Source: a virus
IMG/VR virus record: IMGVR_UViG_3300037313_000197
Coordinates: 32,001-96,000 of that record
Strand: one strand, 5' to 3'
DNA: 64,000 bases
Both the position numbers and the translations under genes were made by a program. The notes below the pieces were generated by a model, which worked only from the letters and a program-made list of their open reading frames with translations, was not told the origin of the DNA and made no database searches. Positions 37,658 through 47,178 of this stretch are shown here, in pieces; position 1 is the stretch's first letter, and the number at the start of each line of letters is the position of its first letter.

Positions 37658-37899
37658 GGGTTAACTGGAACTCTCCACATGCCTCGGTCGGTCATCTTAA
37701 TGCGCCTCACGGTTCCCCATGCTCCATTACGAAACATGCCATTCTTAACCATGTAACCACCGGGGTTTCGCTTCCAAATCACAATCTCATATCCATCCCA
37801 GAAGATATCCTTCATGGCAGGATTGAAAGAAGTAGCATTCTGCCCAACGTAGTCGTGGGCCTGATCGAAGTTAACGTGCTTGTGATTGTTGTTCTTCAT
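37654..37899 (-). CDS. Hypothetical protein
   Basis: AAAGGAG RBS. Confidence 0.7.
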   Translation of the reverse strand: MKNNNHKHVNFDQAHDYVGQNATSFNPAMKDIFWDGYEIVIWKRNPGGYMVKNGMFRNGAWGTVRRIKMTDRGMWRVPVNP

Positions 37900-37951
37900 T
37901 GTATTCTCCTTTGTGGAGTCATTCTTTAATCAACTACCGGGCGGTAGAGAG

Positions 37952-38024
37952 AGCCCCTACTGTGAATCGAACACAGATTTTGCCCGTACCAAGGGCATGT
38001 TCTAACCATTGAAACTATAGGGGC
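37952..38024 (-). tRNA. tRNA-Thr(GGT)
   Basis: TGCCC-TTGGTAC-GGGCA; TTCGATT. Confidence 0.92.
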
Positions 38025-38026
38025 GG

Positions 38027-38097
38027 GGCTGGACCGGAGAATTGAACTCCGAATAACCGCTTACGAGACGGTTGTTATACCGTTTAACTAGTCCAGC
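38027..38097 (-). tRNA. tRNA-Thr(CGT)
   Basis: ACCGT-CTCGTAA-GCGGT; TTCAATT. Confidence 0.9.
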
Positions 38098-38142
38098 ACT
38101 TCTTAAAGTTTAACAGGCTTAATTTCTCCTGTCAATAGGAAG

Positions 38143-38168
38143 GCCGGGTATTTTTCAATACCCGGCCA
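38143..38168 (-). terminator. Terminator hairpin
   Basis: GGCCGGGTATT-N4-AATACCCGGCC. Confidence 0.75.
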
Positions 38169-38189
38169 ACCCTTAAAACTCAATTACGA

Positions 38190-38462
38190 TCACGCGAATG
38201 GGTCGTAATCTGCTGCGCGGGTGAAGTCAGTCTGGGTGTCATCCGTGCTAATCTCACGTGCGCGGCGGTGAGCAAGAGTCTCAACATCGTCACGTGACTC
38301 GTAGTTGTCCATTGCTGCTGCGTAGCCAATGTAGGAAACGTCTGCAACGTTGGCTGCTGCTGCACGGTCCTTAGCGTCCTGAGCAACGTCAGTTGCACCG
38401 GGAACTACATATAGGTTCGCAACAACTTCGCTTGCTGTCTGTACTGTGTCTAGGTATGCCAT
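38190..38462 (-). CDS. Ala/Asp-rich hypothetical protein in its own transcription unit
   Basis: TTGACA-N18-TATACT, AAGGAGG RBS, downstream terminator. Confidence 0.75.
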   Translation of the reverse strand: MAYLDTVQTASEVVANLYVVPGATDVAQDAKDRAAAANVADVSYIGYAAAMDNYESRDDVETLAHRRAREISTDDTQTDFTRAADYDPFA

Positions 38463-38528
38463 AAGGTAAAACACCTCCTTCTTATAGAAGTATAACACAG
38501 GTGTTTTCCTAATGTCAAATAGTGGACA

Positions 38529-38855
38529 TTACCTTCTGCTGGTATTTGCAAAGGTGATCTGCTGCATCATAACTGATGCTGCCTTTACATATTGATTCTT
38601 CACCAGACTAGACGTTTCTACCTTGCTGTAATTCTCAAACAGTTCGTTGAACTTGTCAAGAGCCATACCACAACAGTGGATACACCATCCGGCGTTTCCG
38701 TCACTGCCATAAAATACACGCTGGTTGGATACCCCCGGAATTCCCGCGTACTTCTCAGAGGTCTTAGCGCCGCATACAGCAGTGATTCTCTTGTTGCTGT
38801 CCGTAGGGACTAGCCACTTCTGCCAGTCCCTACGGATATGCATATTTGCGATCAA
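38529..38855 (-). CDS. Hypothetical protein
   Basis: VCG...WCIHC. Confidence 0.6.
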   Translation of the reverse strand: MIANMHIRRDWQKWLVPTDSNKRITAVCGAKTSEKYAGIPGVSNQRVFYGSDGNAGWCIHCCGMALDKFNELFENYSKVETSSLVKNQYVKAASVMMQQITFANTSRR

Positions 38856-39079
38856 GACTTTGAACTACTACTCGACGTAGCAACCGGGACCAGAAGGCTA
38901 ATGAGAGCGACAACAAGGAAAGTTGCCTGCCAACCGAGCGACGGAATAGCGGGAATGTGCGAGTGAACAGCACCAAGCAGAAGCATGGTCGGCCAGAAAA
39001 GAACCAGTGCGCGAAGGAAGGCAGCACCGATAGCAATAAGTGGAGCGGCAATCAGGCCAAGTAGAACAACTGCAAACAT
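38852..39079 (-). CDS. Membrane protein
   Basis: Hydrophobic throughout. Confidence 0.75.
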   Translation of the reverse strand: MFAVVLLGLIAAPLIAIGAAFLRALVLFWPTMLLLGAVHSHIPAIPSLGWQATFLVVALISLLVPVATSSSSSKS

Positions 39080-39110
39080 GTTTTCTCCTAAGTTTAGTTT
39101 GGGTTTTGCG

Positions 39111-39183
39111 TATCCCCTATCGGATTCGAACCGATACTTTGCAGGGTTTAAATCTGCTGCCTCTGCCGTTGGGCTAAGGGGAC
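39111..39183 (-). tRNA. tRNA-Leu(TAA) with a short variable loop
   Basis: GCAGA-TTTAAAC-CCTGC, TTCGAAT, A73; 73 nt. Confidence 0.85.
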
Positions 39184-39230
39184 TTAATACGGGTCCATTC
39201 TATCCCGCGTTATAGGAGAAAGTCAATTGC

Positions 39231-40172
39231 TCAGAATGTCCACGAGTCTACGTCATCGCCGTAGTCCCACGAATCCCACGAATCATAATCATCGTCGTCA
39301 TCGTCCTCGTCATCTTCCCAATCGTTTACCGCAGCAATTACCGAGAAGAAAGCATTACCGGCAGTGTCAATAACACCGTCACGGTGGCGACCATTGTAAG
39401 AAGCGCTCTCGATCTTCTCACCCTCACCGATAATCTCATATCGGCAGACACGAACCTTCTCCCAATGAGAGTCGGTAGGAACGCTCACAACGTCACGTGG
39501 GTTAACACGAACGTGAAGCAGTGCCTCTCCACGAAGGAAGTTGGATGCGTAGTTGTGGCTTGCCACGTGAAGACCAGCCGAACATGCCTGAGCAGGATCG
39601 AAAGCAACCTCAGAGCGAGGCATTGTAACAATGTCTCCAACCTTCTGAGGAATCTGGCCCTCGTGCTTAACGCCATTTACCCAAGCGACACCAGAGGCAT
39701 GCGACTTGTACCCGTCATCCTTACGGTAAACCGACTTGTAGGCAACGATGTTACCCTCGTCGTCAATCGCAAAGTCGTGACGAGACAGCCATTCGTACAA
39801 CTGCTCACGTGAGTGCTGCTCTGGGTTCTGCTGAACCTTCTCCATGAAAGCGACAAGTGGCTTCCAGTCCTCAACACCTTCATCAAGGAATCGGACAATC
39901 TGCTTGGTAAGAGCATTGTCCACAGGGTCACCATCAAAGAGGATAGTTCCACCCTGCACCGCGACACGCTCAGTGATCGCCTTGAAGTTATTCTCAACAG
40001 CCTTGGCCGGTGAGAAAAGATCGGCTAGACCATCAGCGTCATTGGAAATGACCTTCTGTACAATCTTGTGCCAATTTGGGTTGTCGCTATTAGCGACGTA
40101 CATTTCACCATCGAGAACGACAGTGATATTCTGCTGGTCTTCGCTTCCGACCAGATTATACTTAATCGCCAT
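39231..40172 (-). CDS. rIIB: rIIB-like protein
   Basis: LYEWL...IDDEGNIVAYK, G.IV.MPRS.V, CSAGLHV, VRVNPRDVVSVP. Confidence 0.88.
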   Translation of the reverse strand: MAIKYNLVGSEDQQNITVVLDGEMYVANSDNPNWHKIVQKVISNDADGLADLFSPAKAVENNFKAITERVAVQGGTILFDGDPVDNALTKQIVRFLDEGVEDWKPLVAFMEKVQQNPEQHSREQLYEWLSRHDFAIDDEGNIVAYKSVYRKDDGYKSHASGVAWVNGVKHEGQIPQKVGDIVTMPRSEVAFDPAQACSAGLHVASHNYASNFLRGEALLHVRVNPRDVVSVPTDSHWEKVRVCRYEIIGEGEKIESASYNGRHRDGVIDTAGNAFFSVIAAVNDWEDDEDDDDDDYDSWDSWDYGDDVDSWTF

Positions 40173-42199
40173 TAGTTAGTTCCCTTTCGATTGGCGTAAA
40201 CTGCATTCATGTATTCCACGACTGCATCAGGACGCTCGTTCCAGACAGTCGGAGAGAGCATCGGGTAATCCTTAATGAAGTCCCTGTTAGCAGCGGCAGG
40301 ACGTGCCTTCTTAACAGCATCTTCAAACTCCGAATGATTCACCGCGAACCCAGCATTTTCGGGCCTCGTTAGAACCATACGTGCAATACTAGCGTACTCC
40401 TTGTCATCGAGCATGTCAAGCCTCTTAAGGACAGTTCCAGAGAATGCATTGATACCGAGAGAGGCAGCCCTAACACTTCTGTTCACATAGTAGTGCTCAA
40501 AGTACGCCGCGTCTAGTTTCTCAAAGTCTCGCTTAGCAACATTCTTTTCATAAGTTGCTCGGAACAAGTACCATTCCTTAGCGTCAGGAAAGTCCTTCTT
40601 CAACTTTGCGTGACGGTTAGCATTATCCTGAATCATGGTGTACTCAGGCATATGCTTAGCGATATCCTTGATGTGCTCTCGGCTTGGCTTGTGAGCATCA
40701 CGCGCACCGGTCCAGTAAATGATCTTCTCATTATCCTTTACCGGGCGAAGAACGAATCCACCTGCGGCGCTGTCCCAGCAGTGATACTTACCGGCGACCT
40801 TTGGAGCAACACTAATGTTTGGCTCGCGGGTGCTGGAAAGAATATCAGACCACTTGGCAATCTGGTGCGCCTCAGCATCAAAGATGTGCTGGTTGGTGAT
40901 TTCATCAAGATCAGTGAGATACACCTGAGTGTAATAGTGGTTACCCCTTGTAGCCCACTTCTTGATTTCGTAGATGTATTCCTTGATACGCTCCTTGTTT
41001 GCAGTAGAAATGGTCTTCTTTGCTGCATATCCGGTGACAATAATGTAGTTCTTATTGATTACCTCACTGTAGTTCAAGGAGTATCCAGCACGCACCGGGC
41101 GGTAGGTTCCCTCAAAGTCCCAGCGAAGGAACTCAGCGTAGACAGGATTGCCCCTAGAATCGTGTCTACGGTCATCAACAATGCCAAAGTTGGAAAGTTC
41201 CATACCATTCCACTTAACACTGTTACCAAGCCACGTGTAAGCATTGCGAAGGGTCTTAGACTTCTCAAAAGCCTCATGATAGTCCTTGGCACCGGCAATG
41301 GACTGCTCGACGTGCTCACGAATCCTCTTCTGGTATTCGTTACGCAGATTCACCACCGCGCTCTTCGTAACACCATTGTAGATAAGGCCCTCACGAGAAG
41401 GCGTAAAGGTAACCTCATCACGACCATTCATTTCAACATAGCAGGCCACCTTACGACGGTCCCTGCCAGAAATGCTGTAGTTCTGCATGTCCACAGGATA
41501 GGCCACATTGCCCATGACAATTACATCGTATGAGAGGTTGTCATCGAAAAAGATACGGTCTGTAAGAGCCTCACGCTTCTTTACAGGGTCAACTCCATTG
41601 AGCACCACCGTGCCCTTCTGCCAGAACGAGAAGAAGACCTTTGCCTTGTTATCAAATGAGTTACCGGGCTTGACAGGAATCTTAATAGTCACACCATTGG
41701 CCTCAGTGGTAGGGCCGGTGTGAACAATCTCCATAACACCGCTACCGTCCTCATCACGAGAAACGCTAACTAGAGTCTTGACACCATCCTTGATACCGGC
41801 GACGGTGAACTGATTGGTGTAACCAAGAGCAGCCTTTGCACCGATACCCATAGAGCCGTTCGTGGTCTTCTGCTGGCGCTTGGTAGACTCACCGTACTGA
41901 GAATAAATCTCACGAATGGTACGCTCGTCCATCCCAACACCAAAGTCCTGCACCGTGAAATACGGATCAAGAGCAGAGGGAGTAGTCACACGGATTGGCG
42001 TGCTCGTGTTGCCTGCATCAATGTGGCTGTCACGAGCGTTCGTGCTGTATTCACGAATACATGCCAACTCAGGGTCGGAGTAGAGGTCAGTTAGAAGGCT
42101 CATCAGATGCACCGTGGCATCTGCACTAATCTTCATCTTAACCTTGTCACCGCCGAGGTTATTATCAACAGTGAAGGTGTTCTTATTATTGGGAATCAA
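40172..42199 (-). CDS. rIIA: rIIA-like protein (GHKL ATPase N-terminus)
   Basis: IREYSTNARDSH, FTVQDFGVGM, YGESTK, GSMGIGAK; adjacent to rIIB. Confidence 0.9.
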   Translation of the reverse strand: MIPNNKNTFTVDNNLGGDKVKMKISADATVHLMSLLTDLYSDPELACIREYSTNARDSHIDAGNTSTPIRVTTPSALDPYFTVQDFGVGMDERTIREIYSQYGESTKRQQKTTNGSMGIGAKAALGYTNQFTVAGIKDGVKTLVSVSRDEDGSGVMEIVHTGPTTEANGVTIKIPVKPGNSFDNKAKVFFSFWQKGTVVLNGVDPVKKREALTDRIFFDDNLSYDVIVMGNVAYPVDMQNYSISGRDRRKVACYVEMNGRDEVTFTPSREGLIYNGVTKSAVVNLRNEYQKRIREHVEQSIAGAKDYHEAFEKSKTLRNAYTWLGNSVKWNGMELSNFGIVDDRRHDSRGNPVYAEFLRWDFEGTYRPVRAGYSLNYSEVINKNYIIVTGYAAKKTISTANKERIKEYIYEIKKWATRGNHYYTQVYLTDLDEITNQHIFDAEAHQIAKWSDILSSTREPNISVAPKVAGKYHCWDSAAGGFVLRPVKDNEKIIYWTGARDAHKPSREHIKDIAKHMPEYTMIQDNANRHAKLKKDFPDAKEWYLFRATYEKNVAKRDFEKLDAAYFEHYYVNRSVRAASLGINAFSGTVLKRLDMLDDKEYASIARMVLTRPENAGFAVNHSEFEDAVKKARPAAANRDFIKDYPMLSPTVWNERPDAVVEYMNAVYANRKGTN

Positions 42200-42210
42200 C
42201 GTTACTCCTA

Positions 42211-42627
42211 TTACTTAACTAGAGTGCCGGTATTGATAATGTAAATGGTGTCCTCAGACTTAGCACCAAAGAAGGTCCAGAAGTTGCTAGGTGCGACATA
42301 CCTTTGAAGAGTTACTGTCTTATCCATACCGGAGACTGTCTCAACTCGATATGGTGAGTCTGCCCCATCAGGGTCAGTGGCAACAGCATACTTCTTGCCG
42401 TTGTAGGTCCATGTGTATGCTGAGGTATTATTGATTACATCTAGATTCACATGAACATTCTTTTGGGTTTCTAGGGTGATTCGGTCGGTGCTGGAAAGTG
42501 TAACAAGTGCTCCACCTATCACACACCCCAAGAGTGCAGAGATAAAGAAAGCAATTAGTCCCTCTTCTCCACCAGCAAAGAAGAAGGTAAGAATGCCAAT
42601 CGCAATAGCAAGGATGATCCAGAACAT
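42211..42627 (-). CDS. Membrane protein
   Basis: Two N-terminal TM segments. Confidence 0.7.
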   Translation of the reverse strand: MFWIILAIAIGILTFFFAGGEEGLIAFFISALLGCVIGGALVTLSSTDRITLETQKNVHVNLDVINNTSAYTWTYNGKKYAVATDPDGADSPYRVETVSGMDKTVTLQRYVAPSNFWTFFGAKSEDTIYIINTGTLVK

Positions 42628-42708
42628 GGTTGTTCCTCTCGTCGTTTGTGGCGTTTTATGTAGCGTAACAGACGGCGGGTGAGCCGTCAAGACTCACCCG
42701 CCTATCTA

Positions 42709-43500
42709 TTAGAGGTAATTGTACCGAGGCATCTTCCAAGGAAGTTGCTTAAACTCGTCGGTATCGATATCGAGAATACCGGCCGCGTTTCGGTCACCCT
42801 CCATGTTCAAACCATAAACCTGAGTATATGGTCCGTCCTCACCAGAGAATGGCTTTGCATGGTCCAACTTCCAGTCATACCACGTGTGCATGTGCCCATG
42901 GAAGTGCATCTTTGGCTTAACTCGGTCAAGCACCCAATCGATCTTCTTACGATTGGCACGGCTGTCCTCGTCAGGCTTTAGACGGTCCTTCCATACGGTA
43001 CGGTCAGAACAGTCGTGGGTAAAGAAGTAGTCGATTTCCTTACCGGCAGCGTTCTGAACAGCGGTGTACATTTGCTCATTAGTAATGGCTTCCTGCCACC
43101 ACCACGACTCACCGGGCGTGCGGTATGCCTTGTCGATGCTCACAGCGCCACCCAGACCTAGGAACCTTTTACCGCCCCACTTCCAGACACACCCACGAGG
43201 AATGTAAAGGATGTTAGATCGTACGTAAACATGACCGTTGGTAGAGCGAGGGTTCAACTTTTCCCAAGACTCGATAAGGTCATAGTCTTCGTGGTTACCG
43301 CCAACAAAGAGAATACGACGGTTAACCTTCATCAAAGCAGCATTCATTTCGTCAAGATAGACGATGCCGCTATAACCGGGCCAAACCCCCATGTCCCCAA
43401 GTTGAATGATGAGTTCACAGTTTTCCTCAACTGCCTGCTCAATACGCTTTAGGGCAACTTGAAGGTTTCCATGTAGATCACCCTGAATTAGAAGTTTCAT
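42709..43500 (-). CDS. Calcineurin-like metallophosphoesterase
   Basis: GDLHG, GDMG, GGNHE, THD, HGHMH. Confidence 0.92.
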   Translation of the reverse strand: MKLLIQGDLHGNLQVALKRIEQAVEENCELIIQLGDMGVWPGYSGIVYLDEMNAALMKVNRRILFVGGNHEDYDLIESWEKLNPRSTNGHVYVRSNILYIPRGCVWKWGGKRFLGLGGAVSIDKAYRTPGESWWWQEAITNEQMYTAVQNAAGKEIDYFFTHDCSDRTVWKDRLKPDEDSRANRKKIDWVLDRVKPKMHFHGHMHTWYDWKLDHAKPFSGEDGPYTQVYGLNMEGDRNAAGILDIDTDEFKQLPWKMPRYNYL

Positions 43501-43502
43501 GA

Positions 43503-43685
43503 TTACCCAACCTTAAATCGTAGGCCCTTGTCACTAGAGCAAATGGTTGAAACGCTCATACGCTCCAAGAACTCGTCTTCATCGATGGGAGTATCCCATG
43601 AAGGAGAGTCTACACCACGCCACCCGTCAGGGTCAAGAATGACTACCTTATGAATTCTGCACCAATCCTCAGGACGACGCTTCAT
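43503..43685 (-). CDS. Hypothetical protein
   Basis: ILDPDGWR motif; AGGAG RBS. Confidence 0.65.
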   Translation of the reverse strand: MKRRPEDWCRIHKVVILDPDGWRGVDSPSWDTPIDEDEFLERMSVSTICSSDKGLRFKVG

Positions 43686-43832
43686 TGGACTTGCTCCTAT
43701 TCTTACAGGCTCGTCGGTTATAACAAACATAGACTTCAACAGTTGAATAATCGAAAGGATAACCTCGTCCAGTGTGGCGGTATAGAATTTGAAGTCTACT
43801 CTTTCGATCAGTACCACAAAGAGCGCACTTCA

Positions 43833-44012
43833 TTACTTCTCCTTGTTGTGGTACTTATTGATAAGATGATTGACGTAGCAGTCTTCGCACACATCTACCC
43901 CGTCGATCTTGGGATTGTGCTTAACATAGTCAGCGGTGTAGACAGTGCCGGTGTCGCAGTGAGGACACCGCTTAACCTTCTTGTCCTGATTCTTTAGCAT
44001 TCCCTTACGCAT
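43833..44012 (-). CDS. Hypothetical Zn-finger protein
   Basis: CPHC...CEDC. Confidence 0.6.
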   Translation of the reverse strand: MRKGMLKNQDKKVKRCPHCDTGTVYTADYVKHNPKIDGVDVCEDCYVNHLINKYHNKEK

Positions 44013-44013
44013 T

Positions 44014-44289
44014 TCAGCCTCCGAAGTCGAAACTAAAAATGTGCCAGTATTCATCAGGCACATTCGGTGCAAAGCCCCGCCTGTACTTCAATCTTTGAAG
44101 CATCTGTTGCGGTGTCTCTGAGCCGTTGTAGTACCCAACACTAACACGGTCATACTCTGCACCACAACCGGGCCGTCCACTATCTGGACTGTACTCCCAA
44201 ACAGTATTGTGATGAGTCTCGTGCGGGTTAGCACCTTGCTTACAGTCAGAGCAGCGTGATGATGAACTTCCAACTTCTAAAGTTGCCAT
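44014..44289 (-). CDS. Hypothetical protein
   Basis: CSDC; TAATG coupling. Confidence 0.65.
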   Translation of the reverse strand: MATLEVGSSSSRCSDCKQGANPHETHHNTVWEYSPDSGRPGCGAEYDRVSVGYYNGSETPQQMLQRLKYRRGFAPNVPDEYWHIFSFDFGG

Positions 44290-44501
44290 TACTTGCGCTT
44301 TCTCTTGCGTTGCTTATCTGCCTTAATGTTTACATCATCTAGCATTTCGGCAATTTCCTTCTCGCCTTCCGGCGTCCTGTCACCACCAGAGCAGTGAAGC
44401 AGGATAGCCATGAAAAGCGCTTCTCCGGTATATTCATTACCGAACTTATCCCTAGCAAATGCCTTGGCGGCGACAGATGAGAATGAATTAGTATTCTTCA
44501 T
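44289..44501 (-). CDS. Hypothetical protein
   Basis: AAGGAG RBS. Confidence 0.7.
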   Translation of the reverse strand: MKNTNSFSSVAAKAFARDKFGNEYTGEALFMAILLHCSGGDRTPEGEKEIAEMLDDVNIKADKQRKRKRK

Positions 44502-44523
44502 ATCTGTCTCCTTATAGATTAAT

Positions 44524-44562
44524 ACACCGGGCCTTCCCGTGAGAAAGAAAGCCCGGTGTATC
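44524..44562. terminator. Terminator hairpin
   Basis: TACACCGGGC...GCCCGGTGTA. Confidence 0.7.
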
Positions 44563-44571
44563 TAAAGTGTA

Positions 44572-44943
44572 TCAGTTAGCCTCAGACTTTGCAACCCACT
44601 TGGGAATGTTGATGCTAACAGCCTCTTGCACATTATAGTCGTAGAAGTGCTCTCCATCCCACGAGTCGTACCGACCATTTGCGATCCATGTCTTACCAAG
44701 AGTCTCAAAAACTACGTACATAGATTCCTTATGACGGTCGTTGTAGGAGGAAAAGGTACTGCGCTCCACAATCCTCACCGGCTCACCGTCGAACTTGACA
44801 GCATTTCCATCCCACAGAAGGAAAGCCAGTTCGCCGGTAGAGAGGATTGGGTCACAAACGTCTCTATAAGAAGGGCTCTGATATGTAATTGTAAAGTGTC
44901 CAGCCTTTACAGCCTCATCGAGAATGCTCATACCTTCACCCAC
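44572..44943 (-). CDS. YxSWD-motif paralog 3
   Basis: GRYDSWDG. Confidence 0.75.
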   Translation of the reverse strand: MGEGMSILDEAVKAGHFTITYQSPSYRDVCDPILSTGELAFLLWDGNAVKFDGEPVRIVERSTFSSYNDRHKESMYVVFETLGKTWIANGRYDSWDGEHFYDYNVQEAVSINIPKWVAKSEAN

Positions 44944-45368
44944 TGAATAACCTTAACCTCCTTGGGCTTAACCTCAAAGAGTTCTGCGTCATCCCAATGA
45001 ACACCATCCCACGAAGCGTAGTAGGCATCCAACTTATAAGTCTTACCATCTACCTCATAGATGTGGTAATACCCATCGCCCTGACCCTCACCGCCGAACT
45101 GGTCGAGTTCCTTGACGAAATGCTTCTGACCATCGTGCTCAAAGGTGTAGCCATTTGCAACAGGATTGCCATAAAGAGCATCGGTGACCTCGCCCCACTT
45201 AACCGTATCATACTCGGTGAGAAAATCTTCTAACTTAGGAGCCTCGGGGCGCTTGTAATGACGGTACTTCTTCTCATACTCATCATACTTGCCGTTTTCA
45301 AGGCACTCATTGTGGTAATCAGTTGCTACAGTCAGTGCAGCAAAAATTAGAACATCCTGTGCATTCAT
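44928..45368 (-). CDS. YxSWD-motif paralog 2
   Basis: AYYASWDG. Confidence 0.75.
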   Translation of the reverse strand: MNAQDVLIFAALTVATDYHNECLENGKYDEYEKKYRHYKRPEAPKLEDFLTEYDTVKWGEVTDALYGNPVANGYTFEHDGQKHFVKELDQFGGEGQGDGYYHIYEVDGKTYKLDAYYASWDGVHWDDAELFEVKPKEVKVIQWVKV

Positions 45369-45742
45369 CGTGCCCTCCATCGTGTCTCGGTGTGCTCGTA
45401 GGACTCAGCCTCTTGCCAGTCGCCCTCCCAATAATCAGAATCCCAAGAAGAGTACCGGCCAAAACGAACAAAGTTCTCGGAGTTACCTTCAAGATCGGTG
45501 AACTTGATAACCTGATAAATCTCCCCGCCGTCGTGACGGATACCACCGTTTGCGACATACTCAAACTTGCCGACATTCTCGATAACAAGAGTCTTGCGCT
45601 CTTCGGTAAGCATGTACTCTACACCCTCACCGTCGTAGTCCTCATCCACCGGCTCAAAGGTGCCGTCCCATCCCTGCTGAAAACGAGGATTGTCCTCATA
45701 GTAATCAGAGAGAAGATTATAAACTTCGACTGCCTTAATCAT
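45365..45742 (-). CDS. YxSWD-motif paralog 1
   Basis: GRYSSWDS. Confidence 0.75.
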   Translation of the reverse strand: MIKAVEVYNLLSDYYEDNPRFQQGWDGTFEPVDEDYDGEGVEYMLTEERKTLVIENVGKFEYVANGGIRHDGGEIYQVIKFTDLEGNSENFVRFGRYSSWDSDYWEGDWQEAESYEHTETRWRAR

Positions 45743-46515
45743 AGAAGAATTAGCCTTTCCTTATTGTCCTTATGGACCTGAACATAATCGACCTCGGGAA
45801 CAACCAAATCCTTTAGATTCAGCGCCGCGAAGAGTGCCCACTTACCCTTCCAGAAAGAGGTAATGGTCTGCTGCAATGCCCATCGGTAGGCAAATACAGG
45901 GTTTTCCTTATAGTCGCTTGGGATAATCTTACGCTCTAGAGCAGTAGCGTATACTTCCTCACGAACTAGACGCAACTTATCAGTATGAGTCATCTGCTCA
46001 AACTTCGTCCAATCCACCGCGACTTCCTCACCATCTACAAGAATTACCTCAAAGAGAGGCTTATCGTAATAGGCAACCGAAGCGTGGATAGAATCGTGCT
46101 CGTACTTTCGATCAACAGCAGCAGTAAAGAAGTTCTCTGCCTTAGCACCGCGAGGCAGACGAGCACGCTTGACACCGTAGTGCTCAACCCAGATCGGGTA
46201 TAGAATATCATAAAGGGGCCGATGGAACTCTACACCTTTCTCCTGAAAGAAGATAGCATCCTTTGCGTGCTTGACCCAGCGGTTGTCCCAGAACAGGTGA
46301 GAAACCTTAATGGTGTACAACTCACGAGCCGACGCATACTTGGGGTAATCCCACGTGTAGTTCTCTAGGGCCGGGTGGTAGAAAGTCTCAATCCTCTTGC
46401 CAAGACAATCCTTTGGCATCTTCTCATCTGTGAAGTAATCGTAATCCTTTGGCTCACGGTTCAGATCAGGAAACCAAATCTTCGCTGCTGCACTGCCGAT
46501 AAGGCGAGGCTCCAT
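45739..46515 (-). CDS. Putative nucleotidyltransferase-like protein
   Basis: LIGSAA...PKDYD (hGS..DxD pol-beta-like motif). Confidence 0.6.
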   Translation of the reverse strand: MEPRLIGSAAAKIWFPDLNREPKDYDYFTDEKMPKDCLGKRIETFYHPALENYTWDYPKYASARELYTIKVSHLFWDNRWVKHAKDAIFFQEKGVEFHRPLYDILYPIWVEHYGVKRARLPRGAKAENFFTAAVDRKYEHDSIHASVAYYDKPLFEVILVDGEEVAVDWTKFEQMTHTDKLRLVREEVYATALERKIIPSDYKENPVFAYRWALQQTITSFWKGKWALFAALNLKDLVVPEVDYVQVHKDNKERLILL

Positions 46516-46523
46516 GGACACTC

Positions 46524-46775
46524 CTAAATCTTGACGAATTGAATGTTGATAATATCGATTACTACATAGCACCCAGCACACCATCCGGTAGTGTTGCCTT
46601 CAAAGATCAATTCTTCTCGGATGCGAATATTGTCCTCTGCGCAATCGCCACAGTTAAAATGTGCTATGTCATGATGACGCCACATGTACTCTGCCGGTGC
46701 CTCGCACCATTGACAGACTAGTTCAAAGTCCATCATTTGATCAAGGTCAGCGACAGGAAGGGTATCTAATTTCAT
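46524..46775 (-). CDS. Hypothetical Zn-finger protein
   Basis: CQWC, CGDC, CAGC. Confidence 0.65.
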   Translation of the reverse strand: MKLDTLPVADLDQMMDFELVCQWCEAPAEYMWRHHDIAHFNCGDCAEDNIRIREELIFEGNTTGWCAGCYVVIDIINIQFVKI

Positions 46776-46839
46776 TGTTCTTCCTGTTCTCGTAGGTATG
46801 TAGAGTCTACTCGTCTACCGGGCCGGGTGTCAATGAAAA

Positions 46840-47178
46840 TTACCCTGTAGGGTTAAGTCTACGCATATGTGTTCTAACTGCACGGCAGTTGGCACATACC
46901 AACTCACATTTTTCAATTTCAGCGAGTACCGTTGCCAACCCTTTGCTTCTCATAAGGTCAGCAATGTGCCCATCCTTGTTATCAGCAATGTGATCGAATT
47001 GCATAACGTAGTATGGATACGATTGCTTACAATCAGTACATGGATTGTCCTTTAGTGCATTTACCGTGGCAATCATTGCTTTTCGGTACTGCCGACTTCC
47101 GTTCTTGTACTTTTCTTTGTTTTCCTTATAATGCTTTGCTGCGTAAGCCTTTCTGGCTTCTGGATCTTTATATGGCAT
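46840..47178 (-). CDS. HNH endonuclease
   Basis: PCTDC...MQFDH...KCELVCANC. Confidence 0.85.
   Translation of the reverse strand: MPYKDPEARKAYAAKHYKENKEKYKNGSRQYRKAMIATVNALKDNPCTDCKQSYPYYVMQFDHIADNKDGHIADLMRSKGLATVLAEIEKCELVCANCRAVRTHMRRLNPTG

Noticed and set aside
39111-39183. Stop-codon suppressor or genetic-code reassignment
   Set aside because: Anticodon TAA reads UUA (Leu); no CTA/TTA/TCA anticodons were found and genes end at normal stops
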